DNA of 64,000 nucleotides from Felis catus (Eukaryota): contig NC_058368.1 of the NCBI RefSeq assembly GCF_018350175.1, forward strand, positions 64,916,001 to 64,980,000, written 5' to 3'. The notes below the pieces were generated by a model, which was not told the origin of the DNA, searched no databases, and saw nothing but the letters and a program-made list of their open reading frames with translations. Shown piece by piece: positions 26,270 through 38,390 of the stretch (positions within the stretch are counted from its first letter, which is position 1; each line of letters starts with the position of its first letter). Made by a program: the position numbers and the translations under genes.

Positions 26270-26910
26270 GGAAATCAGAGTAGAGAAGTAGTCAGAGCCC
26301 CATCATACAGGGCTTATAAAATTTTGGATGTATTTGTACATGTGATCTGAAATAATTAGAGTACTGTAAGCAGAAAAGTCGCATGAATCATCTTTGTGTG
26401 TGTCAAAATTATTCTGGCAGAAGTGTTGAGAATGGACTTAATAAGAGCAGTAGAAGCCAACGGTGCTGGCTTAGACTCCAGTGGTAGTAGAATGGGGAAA
26501 GGAAGTCGGGTTTGGAGTATAGTTTGAGGGCAGAGCTGAGATGCTGTGTTTGTAGATTGGATGTGGAATATGAAAGAAAGTCAAGGATAATGCCAAGGGT
26601 TTGGGTCTGAGAAGCTGATGAATAGAGGTGCCATTTTCTGAAATGGGAACACAGGGGAAGAATAGGGAACAGAAATCAAGAGTTTGGCTTTGTACTTGTC
26701 ATGTTTGAGGTAACTATTAAGCACCCAGGTGGTGATGTCAAATGATCCGTGGGAAATAAAACTATGGAGTCTGAGGGAAAGATGAGAACTGGAAATATAA
26801 TTTTGGTGTCATGAGCCTGTAGAAGATATTTAAAACCATCAGATTGGATCAGCTCTAGTAGTTAATGAATGTTTATAGAGGAGACCAACGACTGGATCCT
26901 GGAATGCATC
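26270..26910 (-). mobile_element. LINE-2 (L2a-like)
   Basis: gattggatgtggaatatgaaagaaagtcaaggataatgccaagggtttgggtctgag...gagtttggctttgtacttgtcatgtttgagg. Confidence 0.85.
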
Positions 26911-27029
26911 AAAATTGCTTGTATTTGAGAGGAATAGATTTTTTTTCAGTGTCTGTTATATAAAATTTTTCATTCTCTTTCATTCTGTTATAGCACCATT
27001 GCCATAAAAGTAAAGTGATGATAGGAAGG

Positions 27030-27160
27030 GGTATTGGGCAAGTCCTAGAACTAAGCCATCTAACCCTGGATTTGTTGGTAACTAGATCCTAGCCTTGAGC
27101 TCTATGACTTCCCTCCCTGAGCTTCAGTTTCATCATCTATAAATTAAAACAATAGAGCTT
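27030..27160 (+). mobile_element. MIR fragment
   Basis: ccttgagctctatgacttccctccctgagcttcagtttcatcatctataaat. Confidence 0.6.
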
Positions 27161-27387
27161 GTTGGCTGCTTGAGCAGGAGGAATAAAAGAAAAGAGTAAA
27201 ACTAACACTAAGGTTTTGAGATTCATTGGTTCCCTGGCAGAAAAGCTACTAGTTTAGGAAAGAAGATTTAGCTACATTGAGCATGACCTATGTCATCTGT
27301 AATGACCCCTAAATCTTTTGCAGCTGTTCCTACACAGTGCTGGCTTCTTATTTTTCAGCGTGCTTTTCACTTGAATTTATTGTTCTA

Positions 27388-27875
27388 TAACTTAGTCAGG
27401 GATAGTTTGGTTTCAAAACCCAGAAACTCTCTGAAACTAGCTCGAGCAGAAAAGAGAATATTTTGGAAGGTCCAGTGTGCCTCACAGAATTCAAGGATCT
27501 CCTGAGACAGAAACAGGAAATGGAAGACTGTTAATCCCCATTCTGGTTTCCTCTTCTCTAATTACACATAATCTGTCCTGACTCCACCAACAAGATGCCT
27601 TAGATTCCTGAAATATGTACTTACAAGTCCAGTCTCCACCAATGATTGCCCCAGTCTTTGAAATTGTCCCAACTTCACATTCCTGGGAGAGAGAATTTGA
27701 TTGGCTCTGTCTCGCTTTGCTTTATTGTTGCTGCTTTCTGAATCAGTTGCCCATCCTTGGTCTAGTTAGCTGTGGCCAAGCAGGGGTGGGTTCACATAAT
27801 ATAAACATGCTTCTAACCTTCAAGATGGGCGCTTCAGATGACATCTCATAAAAGAACAATGAAGCTACCCCTAAG
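27388..27875 (-). mobile_element. MaLR solo LTR (MLT1M/N-like)
   Basis: ttagtcagggatagtttggtttcaaaacccagaaactctctgaaactagc...gagagaatttgattggctc...agttagctgtggccaagcagggg. Confidence 0.65.
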
Positions 27876-28759
27876 TGGATCTAATCTCAAAATAATAACA
27901 TTTTAAAAACTATTCTAAATTACCTATTTTTAATTATTCTGACTCACCCACCCCCTCATACACATGCACACAAATTTTTAAATGTTATTATTCAGCAAGA
28001 AATATGAAAGTAATAGAAATCTATGATTTCTGTTTTCTAAAATGCCAAAACATCAATTTTTTTTTCAAATATTTTGGTTTGGGCAAATAAATTTTTAAGT
28101 CTTTCATCAATATCATATGTTAAATGAGGTAAAATCACTAAGGAGATATTTTGGTTCTTGTTTCTCCACAAGTACAACTAATAAAAATTCCCCATGGAAC
28201 TAACAATGCATTTTGACTGCTAGACTATTGAAGAAAAAAAAAACTTCTCAGCATTTGGGTTAATTTCCCACAAATTATATCTATCAAGACAGTATCAGTA
28301 GAGGATGTTAATATTTCTAAGAAAGAAATTAACTACCACTTTGTGGCCTTTATTTTTCTAAAATAACAAGGAGGGCCGAAGCTTACAAAACTAAGAAAAT
28401 CAATGCAAGGAAAATACTTTTCTTTTTCCTATATGCATTTGAAGTGCATGCGGATTTCACAGTGCTGCTTATTTATTATCCTTCCAACAAAATAACACTA
28501 TAATGCATTAGAGTTATTTTTAAAGAAGTATTTGTTCATGTCTTTGGAGAATTTAAATGTAAGTCCTGGGACACAGACAATGTTATGAACTTATGCAGAA
28601 AGCAATCTTTGTGAAAGGCAAATTCTAAGAATTCGAAGCCTCGTGAGATCTTCCTCTTCCCATCCCTCCAACTGCCCTTCTTAGTGGGTTTTCTTCATTT
28701 CTTACTTCCCTCATGGTGGGAATGGCCAAAGACTTAGTCCTTCAACAACAAATACTCAG

Positions 28760-28985
28760 TTATTCATTCATTCAGCTAAAGCTAGGGGGCATCTACTGTT
28801 TGTAAGGTGCTATCCCACCGGGCTCTGAAGATTAGAAAACAAATTAGCTACTACCATTGTCTTTTAGGATCTTACAGCTTCTGGGTAAAATGGACTTGTA
28901 TGTAAGTAAGTGTAACAGAAAAGAGATACATGTTGTAACAGAATATAGGTAAAGAGCTACGTGATGTTAGGAGAAGGAGGGGTTT
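28760..28985 (-). mobile_element. LINE-2 3' end
   Basis: attcattcattcagc...gcatctactgtttgtaaggtgcta...ttaggatcttacagcttctggg. Confidence 0.55.
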
Positions 28986-29129
28986 AAAAAAAAATCATAC
29001 CACCCAGGGATCTAAAAGTCTGTCTTCTTGATAATTTTTCAGTAATCAGTAATTGATTACTGATTATTTCTTTGTAGGGCCCTTTGCAAACTAGTTACAA
29101 CTTTTAAATAATAATAAAATAAATAACAT

Positions 29130-29360
29130 CAGCTAGCAATCATTAGAGTATTCACTAAGTGCAGGCAATTTACAATCACGGATATGTATTTTTATGTAAT
29201 CCTCACAACTGCCCTACAAAGTATACAGTGTTATTTTTCCCAAGTCACATGTAATAAAACTGAAGTTCACAGCTTCTATAACAAATGAGTTGACAGAATC
29301 CCGACTCTGCATTTAGGTAGTTGATACTAAAGTCCAAGCTCTTAACTGTTACATTATATT
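29130..29360 (-). mobile_element. MIR
   Basis: tgtaatcctcacaactgccctacaaagtatacagtgttatttttccc...aaagtccaagctcttaac. Confidence 0.6.
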
Positions 29361-29539
29361 GTTTACAGCCCCCAAATTCATCTTTACCAATTTCATTCCT
29401 TGCCAGTAAACTAACCTCATGTTTTTCTATAAAGATGGATATCAACTGCTAAGAGTTGCTTTGACCTCAGACCTTTCTATCTCAACATTTTCTGTATCTT
29501 TATCCCACCTGTCTCTTAACAATGTTTTTCACTTTGGGA

Positions 29540-29641
29540 ATTTATTTATTTATTTATTTTTTATTCATTCATTCATTCATTCATCCATCCATCCATCCAT
29601 CCATCCATCCATTTTTTTGCTTGCTTGGTTGGTTGGTTTTT
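29540..29641. repeat. Compound microsatellite (ATTT)n-(ATTC)n-(ATCC)n-(GGTT)n
   Basis: Directly visible. Confidence 0.9.
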
Positions 29642-29966
29642 GAATCTTTGTCCCCATTTCTTTGAGCCTTTTCTTCACTTCTACTTCCCTCCATGAAACC
29701 TTTCTTGACTTTCAAGTGTGTTAATAATTTCTTTATCTGAACTCTCTAAGCACAGTCTCATATTATTCACCGTTTTTGCAATAATTTTGGCCCCTAATGC
29801 ATGAGAAATTCTTTGAGGAGATGAATAATTTATTGACAAATTTCTTTCCCCATGGCATCAACTAAACTACTGGACACAAAGAAGTCAGTGTACAAACACT
29901 TACAATGGATTGTTATAGTTTTAAAAAATCTAAAATGTTTAGTTATCTTTAAAATCAAGAACTTCT

Positions 29967-30041
29967 GGGGGCACCTAGGTGACTCAGTTGATTGACTCCC
30001 ACTTCAGCTCAGGTCATTGTCTCATGTTTCATGGGTTCGAG
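29967..30041 (+). mobile_element. SINEC head only (3' part missing)
   Basis: gggggcacctaggtgactcagttg...cttcagctcaggtcattgtctcatgtttcatgggttcgag, then unique sequence. Confidence 0.8.
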
Positions 30042-31102
30042 AACTTACGGCTTTAAATTTGACTTTGAGAATTTGTATGGTCAGTATGTTATTTTCAGAT
30101 GGAATCACATTTAGCAGTTCTCATATTTAGTTCTTCATTTCTACAGAAATCCTTCCTTAATCATCTATCATACATGAAATACTCTGAAAGAAGAGAAGTT
30201 TTTGTTTGCATAACCTTCTAAGTTTTAAGACTACGTGAAGCCTACACAAATTAGTTAAAATATTAACATCAAAAGATTTGATTAAGTGTATGCCATTTCT
30301 TGAGCACATTTTGATCTTTGAAAAAATCAATCAGAATTGTCATGATAGTTATCTTCAGAATCTTTTCTGTTCTTTGTTAATATTTCTTTGAAATTTTATT
30401 TTCTAAGCCACATATTTATTTCTTCTTGAGACTCTCTTCCAGTCTTACAAGAACACTATTTTACTAAAAGTCTAGGAAACAAGACTAAAACAGGACTGCA
30501 AAAAAAAGCAAGCATTCTGATTTTGTTCCCACTTCAGTCCTTGAAATCATGTTATTTAATCCTAAGACACAAAGGACAAGATTTTAATGCAAAATAGTAT
30601 TTCCTTTTTCTATTTATCTCTTCTTTAAATATTCTGAATGAAAAAAAATCTTCCATGGCAGAACTGTTTAGAAACTAGCATTTGGTTAGAAACTAGCATT
30701 TCTACAAAATATTCCACCCATGTAATGAACATCTTGCCTAAATTGCTTGTTTTCCCTTTCATATTTTGAATTCTGCTCCAAACTCTTTACTTTCTTCATG
30801 TGCTTCATAAACAGTTATTTAGCTGACTCTTAAAACTAAATGCCTTTAACTTCACTCAAAAGGAGAGAGGTAACAGTGCTCTTCTTAAGACTGTGTTCCT
30901 CCTCCCTGGGGCCGGAGTTATCCCTTATTAGTGAGGAAGGCGGAAAAAGATGAAAATGAATAATCAGATTGTTGGAAGTCGGGCCTAACAGCTGGTACAA
31001 AGTAAACAGACTGCAGGTATTGAAAGAGTACAGGTTTCCAGTCCATTTCCTTTTTTTGCACAATGTCTGGCTCCTACGTTCTTTATTCAGATGGGCTCTT
31101 AC

Positions 31103-31141
31103 CTGGCAGTGAAGTTTTTTGGCTATATTTTTGTGAAATAT
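31103..31141 (-). other. Candidate 39-nt internal exon of an unidentified host transcript
   Basis: Minus strand reads tttctcaactcatttcctacag|ATATTTCACAAAAATATAGCCAAAAAACTTCACTGCCAG|gtaagag, in apparently non-repetitive flanks. Confidence 0.35.
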
Positions 31142-32184
31142 CTGTAGGAAATGAGTTGAGAAACTTGACAAGAACAGCTTGAGGTATTTGATGAATAATA
31201 GAGAACTTCCACCATTCAAGTGTCTGACTAGGGCAGAATGAGAAGTATTAGAAACTTGGAAAAAAGGACAGATTGATTCAAAAATAATACAGTGCTCTAA
31301 CCCACTGGCAAATACAGCTCTTTGTAAAGCACTGTAGACAGATCACATAGGGGAAGAGCTTAAATTACGTTTCCTTAGGCTTATTTGGACTGTCTTGCCT
31401 TGTTTGTCACTGGCTGCCTGCTCCGGCCCATCAAAAATATAAACATTTAAAGGGAAACAAAAAACCTTGCACAGAAGTACCAATGTTTTAAGGGTCTCTT
31501 TCTCATGTATGTGAGGTGCTATTTAGTTAGCATTCTTACGCTGTGAAAACTGATCGAACGCCTGCACTCTTTGTCGTTCTTTTTCCCATTTACCATCACA
31601 ACTCTGGGGGAAAAAAAGCAGTCTTATTTAACAACCTGTGATAGCATAACGAGAATAGGATGCTTTCTTCTCATTTGAATACAGAAAAAATCTAGCACAT
31701 TCTTAGAATGACTTCATAATACAGTGTTCTCTATGTGGACTTCATAAGCACTAAAAGAATTCTTAAACTTCAGCACACATTCAAAAGGAAGGAGGAAGTT
31801 GGTTCTAAAGAATAAAAGGGGAATAAGTTTGGGCTAACTTGGCTGAATTTTAATCCTTTCATTAATAAAATGAGCCTGTTTGACCAGATGAACTGTAAAA
31901 GTCTTTCAGCTTTAATAGTCTGTATGTCTAAATTACTTTTTATGAATGAAGTTTTTTATTTGCCATTGATTTTGTATTTCATTTATGTCCTATGTTTTTC
32001 TAGTTTACCCTATGAGTGGGAGGGCATGTATTGTCATTCTATATTCATCCCTCTGGGGTAGATACAGGTTAGCAAAACACCAGAGACTTAATAGTAAATA
32101 ATACTGGGCCTCATGTTCTGAATTCTATCTTCTTTGCAGTTGGCAGGAAAGGGAAGAATGTTCTAGCTTAAGATTTTTCCGAAC

Positions 32185-33680
32185 TATTTATCAGTTAAAC
32201 TCAGTGGACACTTGTCAGTTCTTATTTGGTTAAACTCAGCAACTTTCAACAGGACTGCCTCCCAACTCATGTAAAAATACACATATACGTATACACATCA
32301 CTCTTTGTCTGACACCACCCTCTTGGCTTTCCTTCCATCCTTCCACTGTTCCTTGTCAGTCTCCATTACATGCTTGTCTTCCATCCTTCACTGTTCTACC
32401 CTAAGCTGTCTTCTCTTCTCTGCTTCCTGTCTCATGAACACTGCATCTGTGCCCATGGTTTCAATCATCAAATGTTAGTACATGCCAAAATCAGTATCCC
32501 CAACCCAAACTCTCTTTTTAGACACAAACTACTCTACCCAAATACCCTGTGTACCTCCCTATTTGTTTCAGAGCCACGAACTACAGCATGTATATAACCA
32601 AATGCATGCCCCATCACCCTAGCATGCTCCTTCCCTAATGCTTCCTTGTCCACGAATTTTGTCATCAGCCAGTCAGTCCTAAAGTCAGTCATCAAAGACA
32701 TTAGCTTCTCCCTCAATCCCACATTCAAGCAACTACCATGCAGGATACTACTCACATCTGTTGGGCTTTTTCCCCCCTCCATATCTGTGGTCACCCCTAG
32801 ATCCAAACAACCAATATCTTTCAATTGCATCCTGTTCCCCGTCTTTCCCTTTTGAAATACATTCTTTACCTCTCACTCTCACCTCCCAGCAGACAGTGAA
32901 TTTACCAAAATGCAAATATGATCATATTACTCTTACTTAAAGCCTTTTGTTTGTCTTGCATTAATATTAGGATAAAACCAAACTCATTAACAAGGCTTAT
33001 AAAGCCCTAATTACATGACATTCAGGTATTCTCCGGCATCCAGCTATTTCCCCTTCCTGCCTCCAACTTAAGGTGCTGACACACGGAATTCCTTTCAACT
33101 CCTGAAACACATCATTCCTTTCTCTTCTCCGGAGGCTTTTGTGTAGCCTTTTCCTTCTACCTTGAAAACATTTTTTCTTCCTTTTCAGCTCTCAGCTAAG
33201 GCAGAAACAAATTGTCTTTAACATGTATTCAGCAACTGCTATCTATAAATCCTTTTCTAATGCATTTTATATGTATTAACTTCCTTAATTCTCATAACGT
33301 CTCTATTTATTATTATTATCACTATTTTACAACGAAGCATGTGAAAAACAGTCAAGTTAAGGAATTGCCCAGATCAGAAAGGTAGGAACCGGCTGAGCCA
33401 ACATTTGATCTTCTACAGCAGAGCCAATGACTTAAGGGCATTAGACTTAAAAATCATTTTCCCTGTTTGGACTCGTACGGTCTCTGACACATGGCCCTTA
33501 ACCCAGACTCGGTTTGTTACTCCTGAAATATCTCCTGACATCATGCCTCTTCTACCCCCACTACCAAAGTACTTACTTAAGTCACTGTCTTTTAATTATT
33601 TTCTCTGCCAGACTATCTAGTTTTCAAGGGTAGAAATCACATTTATTACAGGAATGAATGAATGCACAAATGAATGAGCA
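32185..33680 (+). mobile_element. LINE-2, interrupted by a MIR
   Basis: Pyrimidine-rich L2 sense text (cccatggtttcaatcatc..., aaatgcaaatatgatcat..., taggataaaaccaaactc) ending in an L2-type gaatgaatgaatg tail. Confidence 0.8.
33220..33430 (-). mobile_element. MIR nested in L2
   Basis: ctaatgcattttatatgtattaacttccttaattctcataac...gttaaggaattgcccagatca. Confidence 0.7.
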
Positions 33681-34439
33681 CCGTTAATGCTCTACCTCCA
33701 TTCAGCATTTGTTAGAAATCTGGGCCTTCAGGCAGAGGCTTTATCTACATTTCTAGTACTTCCTTTTCACAATTTGTTAAATTATAATTATGTAGGTATT
33801 TCCTCTTGAGACAGCCAATTCGTAATCATTTGTATACTTCACAAGTCAACGCCTTTGTCTCAACAGCCCCAGTGAGTTACAAATGGTCTCTAAGTCTTTT
33901 CTTGCTCTGCACCTGGCTGTGCTGGTGGGGCATTGGGCAACGTCTACCAGAGGCAGAATTCCTCTTTGCCGCAGGCAGCTGGCACAGCGACAGTTTTCTT
34001 CCATCTTTCACATCGGTTTCTTATTGTTTTACCTCATATGCATTTTCTTGTAAATCCATATTTAAAAATAATGCCAGTATCCCTGAGCAGGCCACACACA
34101 GCATGCATCTTTAATTGATCCTAATGCTAAAACTACTAACATGAAATGGCCACATGTTATTTCTTTAAGAGTTCTATATATCCGTTGACTTTTTGCTCTC
34201 CTGGGAACCCAGCTACCACCTTTCATATTTTTTCCTATGGCAAAAGTAATTCTGTAATACCAACAACAGATTTAGGTATTGGCTCACAAAACAGAATCTT
34301 ATTGTAAATTGAGATTCCTTTTTATTGGCTTTCAAAGAATGCCCATAAATAAATGGGAGGGGGAGGGAAAGCCACAGGCAAGAATAAGTTGGGCTTTACA
34401 GATGAACATCCTTAAGAGGGTACATGATTATCATGAAGG

Positions 34440-34965
34440 TATAAACCTGTAGTGTATATTATAGAAATCAAGTAGGCTTTGGGGCTGCAGCAAACAATTT
34501 CTGAGTCACCTGAACAAGTTATTTAGCCCCTTGATTGCTACTTTTCTTGTATAAAATAGGACTAATTCTCTTGATGAATTGTTACAAGGATTAAATAGAT
34601 AAACATACGTGCACATAGGAAAAGTTGAATAGATTCTAATTGACTAATGTTAATATGAATAGATACTAATTTATTAACAATATTATCTGCCTTAAGAAGT
34701 ATTACTATTCAAGTATTTAATCAAGTAAAATTTATGGACTAGGTAGAATGACTATTATAGGTAATGTGTATTTAGACTGAGTATATGGCCATTGGTAGCC
34801 GTATGCTCCTTTTATCCACTAGCTCATTTACTCCTCATAACAACCCTAGGGGGTAACAGATATTATCATTCTCGTTTTATAGATAAATTGAAGTATAGAG
34901 AAGTTAGTAAGTAGTGGAAGGGCTGATTCAAACCCAGATGGTCTGACTTGAAATTTACTGCACTC
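34440..34965. mobile_element. Two MIRs (34440-34620 +, 34760-34965 -)
   Basis: cctgaacaagttatttagcccc...gttacaaggattaaatagataa; ctcatttactcctcataacaaccctaggggg...ctcgttttatagat...gattcaaacccagatggtctgact. Confidence 0.65.
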
Positions 34966-36379
34966 CACATCCCTGGTTTCCAAATATGTTAGCCATGTTG
35001 TTGGTAAATGGCTAGTGTATTGGTGGCCAATGTAATATTTAACATAGAGAATAGGCAGCTCAGTAGAATCTAAAGCAACTGTGAACTAAGAGGTTGGAAG
35101 TGAAACGAGGGTCTTAAAGATGTCTCTGTTGTTTCCTAAGGCAATAGCCTCATATGCTTGTATAAAATACCCATATTTTTACCTGCAGAAGGGGAATTAA
35201 CCAATAACAGAAGAGCGTGATTAGCCTTTAACTTTGTCAAAAGAAACAATGTGAAATTCCCAGAGGTATTTTGGGTATTGTAATAATGGTGACTTTTTCA
35301 ACAGATAGTCAAAATTCAGATGAAGTGGTTTTTTTTTATTACTATTAAAAAGTATTATTTGAAGGGAAGCTATGTTCTTTGTAGTAAATGCTTTTGGAGA
35401 AAGTGTGAAAAAAATCATGAAAGTACCACAGAACACATCAGACCTTTTAGTGTTTTTTCCACTAAAAGGTTAAAGATGACGACCACAGTTAATGGAAGGA
35501 CAAAAATGACCACCAGATGGAAACAACTATATTTTTTCACCTTCAAATTAAACTGTCATTTCAAAAATGTTGCTGTCATTTAAACTGAAAAGTAAAGAAT
35601 TAATATATTCATGAAAAAACAGGTGAGCCAGGTGCATATGGAAACATAGTTGGCTACAACAAACCTCCCTATCAGAAAAAAAAAAAAATAACCAGCTGTG
35701 TAAATAAAGCATTCTTTCTAAATGTCAGTATCTATCTAAAATTTTACTTTCTTTCAGATGACATAAAGTAGAAGAGATGACTTGGGGAAAGACAAAGAAC
35801 CGTACAAATACAACATATTAGTGTAATTATTTGGATTCAGCTGGCTTTCTATCATATGGTTTCATGGAAATAAAAGAAAATATGTCTATGAAATTATATT
35901 AAGCTTGAGTGACCAGAAAAAAATGATCCCAGGAGGATTTAAATACTGTGGAATATTCTATGATGTTCATTACACCTGCTTAGTATTGTTGAACAACCCA
36001 ATAAGGAAATATACTAAAACAAAATCTTTAAAATATGTAAGCATGCAAAAACTATTATCGATATTAAAAAAGTCATTTAAAAAGTATAACAAGCTGTGCT
36101 TACTTATTGGCCTTGCAATTTAAAAAGTTGCAAGGAGCTCTAATGATAAATTATTCACAGAATATAGTACTGAGTTATAAGGGGAGTAATAGCATAACAT
36201 ACTGAAGACATATGTATGTGAGGGAATATTCTAAATACTCTATGCCCTTTATCCTATGAAAACACCACCTGAATACCAATATCCAAGTTTACTTTTCTCC
36301 CCCACTCCCTTTATATTGCTGTATACAGAAATATAAATTCATCTCAATACCAACTCGATTTCCCTGGACTGGCACTAGG

Positions 36380-37290
36380 GTTTTCCAGTTTTTCTCTTTG
36401 CTGTTGATTCTTTACCTTAAAATTTCCATCTGATCCTGCCATTCTACCTACAGTGGTCTCCCTTGTACTCTCATTTCCTCTCATCAGCGCTGCCGTGGTG
36501 GGCCCCACCTAGCAAGGACTTCCTTAGCTTTACCTCCTAATATGTACTTGAAGTGCTTAAATTCTATATTCTTTTTTTATATTTTTTTAGTGTTTGTTTT
36601 TTGAAAGACAGACAGACAGAGTGTGAGTGAGGGACCGGCAGAGAGAGAAGGAGACACCGAGTCCAAAGCAGGCTCCAGCCTCTGAGCTGTCAGCACAGAG
36701 CCCCACGCGAGGCTCAAACCCATCAACTGTGAGATCATGACCTGAGCCAGAGTTGGACACTTAACCAACTGAGGCACCCAGGCACCCATGCTTAAATTCT
36801 ATATTCTAAAACTCCAGTTGCTTGCTCTAAATCCTGTTTATGCCCCTGCTTTCCGTTTATCAGTTCACACTGCCCTCCTTCCACCTACCTCTCGGTAACA
36901 GTAACATTCCTTCCCTACAAAACACACTCTTCTCTAAGGAAATAATCTTCTTACTATTTAGCAAACCTGACAGATGTTTTCTAAACTGACCCCTTAGTTG
37001 GAACCCACCTTTCAAAACCCCGTTCTGCTGATTTCTGCTTCCTGAAAAGTCATTCCTGGCTATTTCTAGCCCTTCTTTATCCCCTGCATCTGCTATCTCC
37101 TCTAAGACAGCTTTCTTCTCTTGCTTGCTGTGGTTTCATGGGAAGCCTCGTAGACTGGCTATTGGAATATAAGTTCCAGTATAAGTTCTAACATAAAGTA
37201 TTACTCCATAATTTTTGGAACATAAAAGTTCCATGGAACTTGGAACTTGCACCATGGAACATAAAAGTTGCTCAATGATTTGCGTTAAAT
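36380..37290 (+). mobile_element. Degraded LINE-2 3' region, interrupted by a SINE
   Basis: Pyrimidine-rich L2-like text ending gctcaatgatttgcgttaaatg. Confidence 0.45.
36573..36788 (-). mobile_element. SINEC_Fc2-type SINE with a 19-bp TSD
   Basis: Full antisense SINE; perfect TSD tgcttaaattctatattct at 36554-36572 and 36789-36807. Confidence 0.95.
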
Positions 37291-37497
37291 GTGGGTAGAA
37301 TAGAAAGGACACACCGAGTAGGAAAAAAATGGGCAGACGCTAACTTCCTCAGGCTGCATCAACTGAAGTTTCTTTTTCAATATATATATATATATTAAAG
37401 TGTCAGTGAAGTGAACACTGTAACTTTAAACCAATGTCTTATTTTAACTTCAAACAGGAAACACCTCTTTTAAAGAAGCTTCTTACATTCCAGCACC

Positions 37498-38390
37498 ATA
37501 TATGTAAAATATAGATCTAAAATATATATATATCTAAAATATCTAATAGATCTAATATATAATAAATATATAATATTTATATATTTATATAAACTTATAT
37601 AATTATAAATTTATATTATTTATATATATTTATATAATGTATATATATTTATATATAAATTTATATATAAATATATATTTATATACATAAATATATATTT
37701 ATGTATATATTTATATATATATTTTTATATATTTATATATTTAATATAAATATATATAAATATATATAATATATAAATATATATTAAATATATATATATA
37801 TATAAATTTATATAATTTATAATTATAAATTTATATAATATCTACATATTTATATATTTACATATTAATATATATATAATATATAAATATATATATAAAT
37901 TATATATGTATAATATATAAATATTATATATATAAATATATTTAATATTAATATTTATATATTTTTATATATTATATATTATATAAATATAATATATTTA
38001 ATATTAATTAATTATATATAAATATATAAATATAATAAATTATATATATATAATTATATATATATAAATTATATATATATAAATATATATATAAATATAT
38101 ATATAAATATATATATAAATATATATTTATGTATTTATATATATAAATATATATTTATTTATATATTTATATATATTTATATATTTATATATATTTTTAT
38201 ATATTTATATATTTAATATAAATATATATAAATATATATTAACATATAACATATAAATATATATTAAATATATATATAAATTTATATAATTTATAATTAT
38301 AAATTTATATAATATCTACATATTTATATATTTATATATTATATATATATTAAATATCTAAAATATATATATAAGTATATATATATAATT
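37498..38390. repeat. ~0.9 kb degenerate (TA)n AT-rich tract
   Basis: Almost only A/T, alternating TA with interruptions. Confidence 0.97.

Noticed and set aside
30836..31219. 127-aa minus-strand ORF
   Set aside because: Non-ATG start and no recognisable protein; only the internal 39-nt exon-like segment is retained as a candidate.
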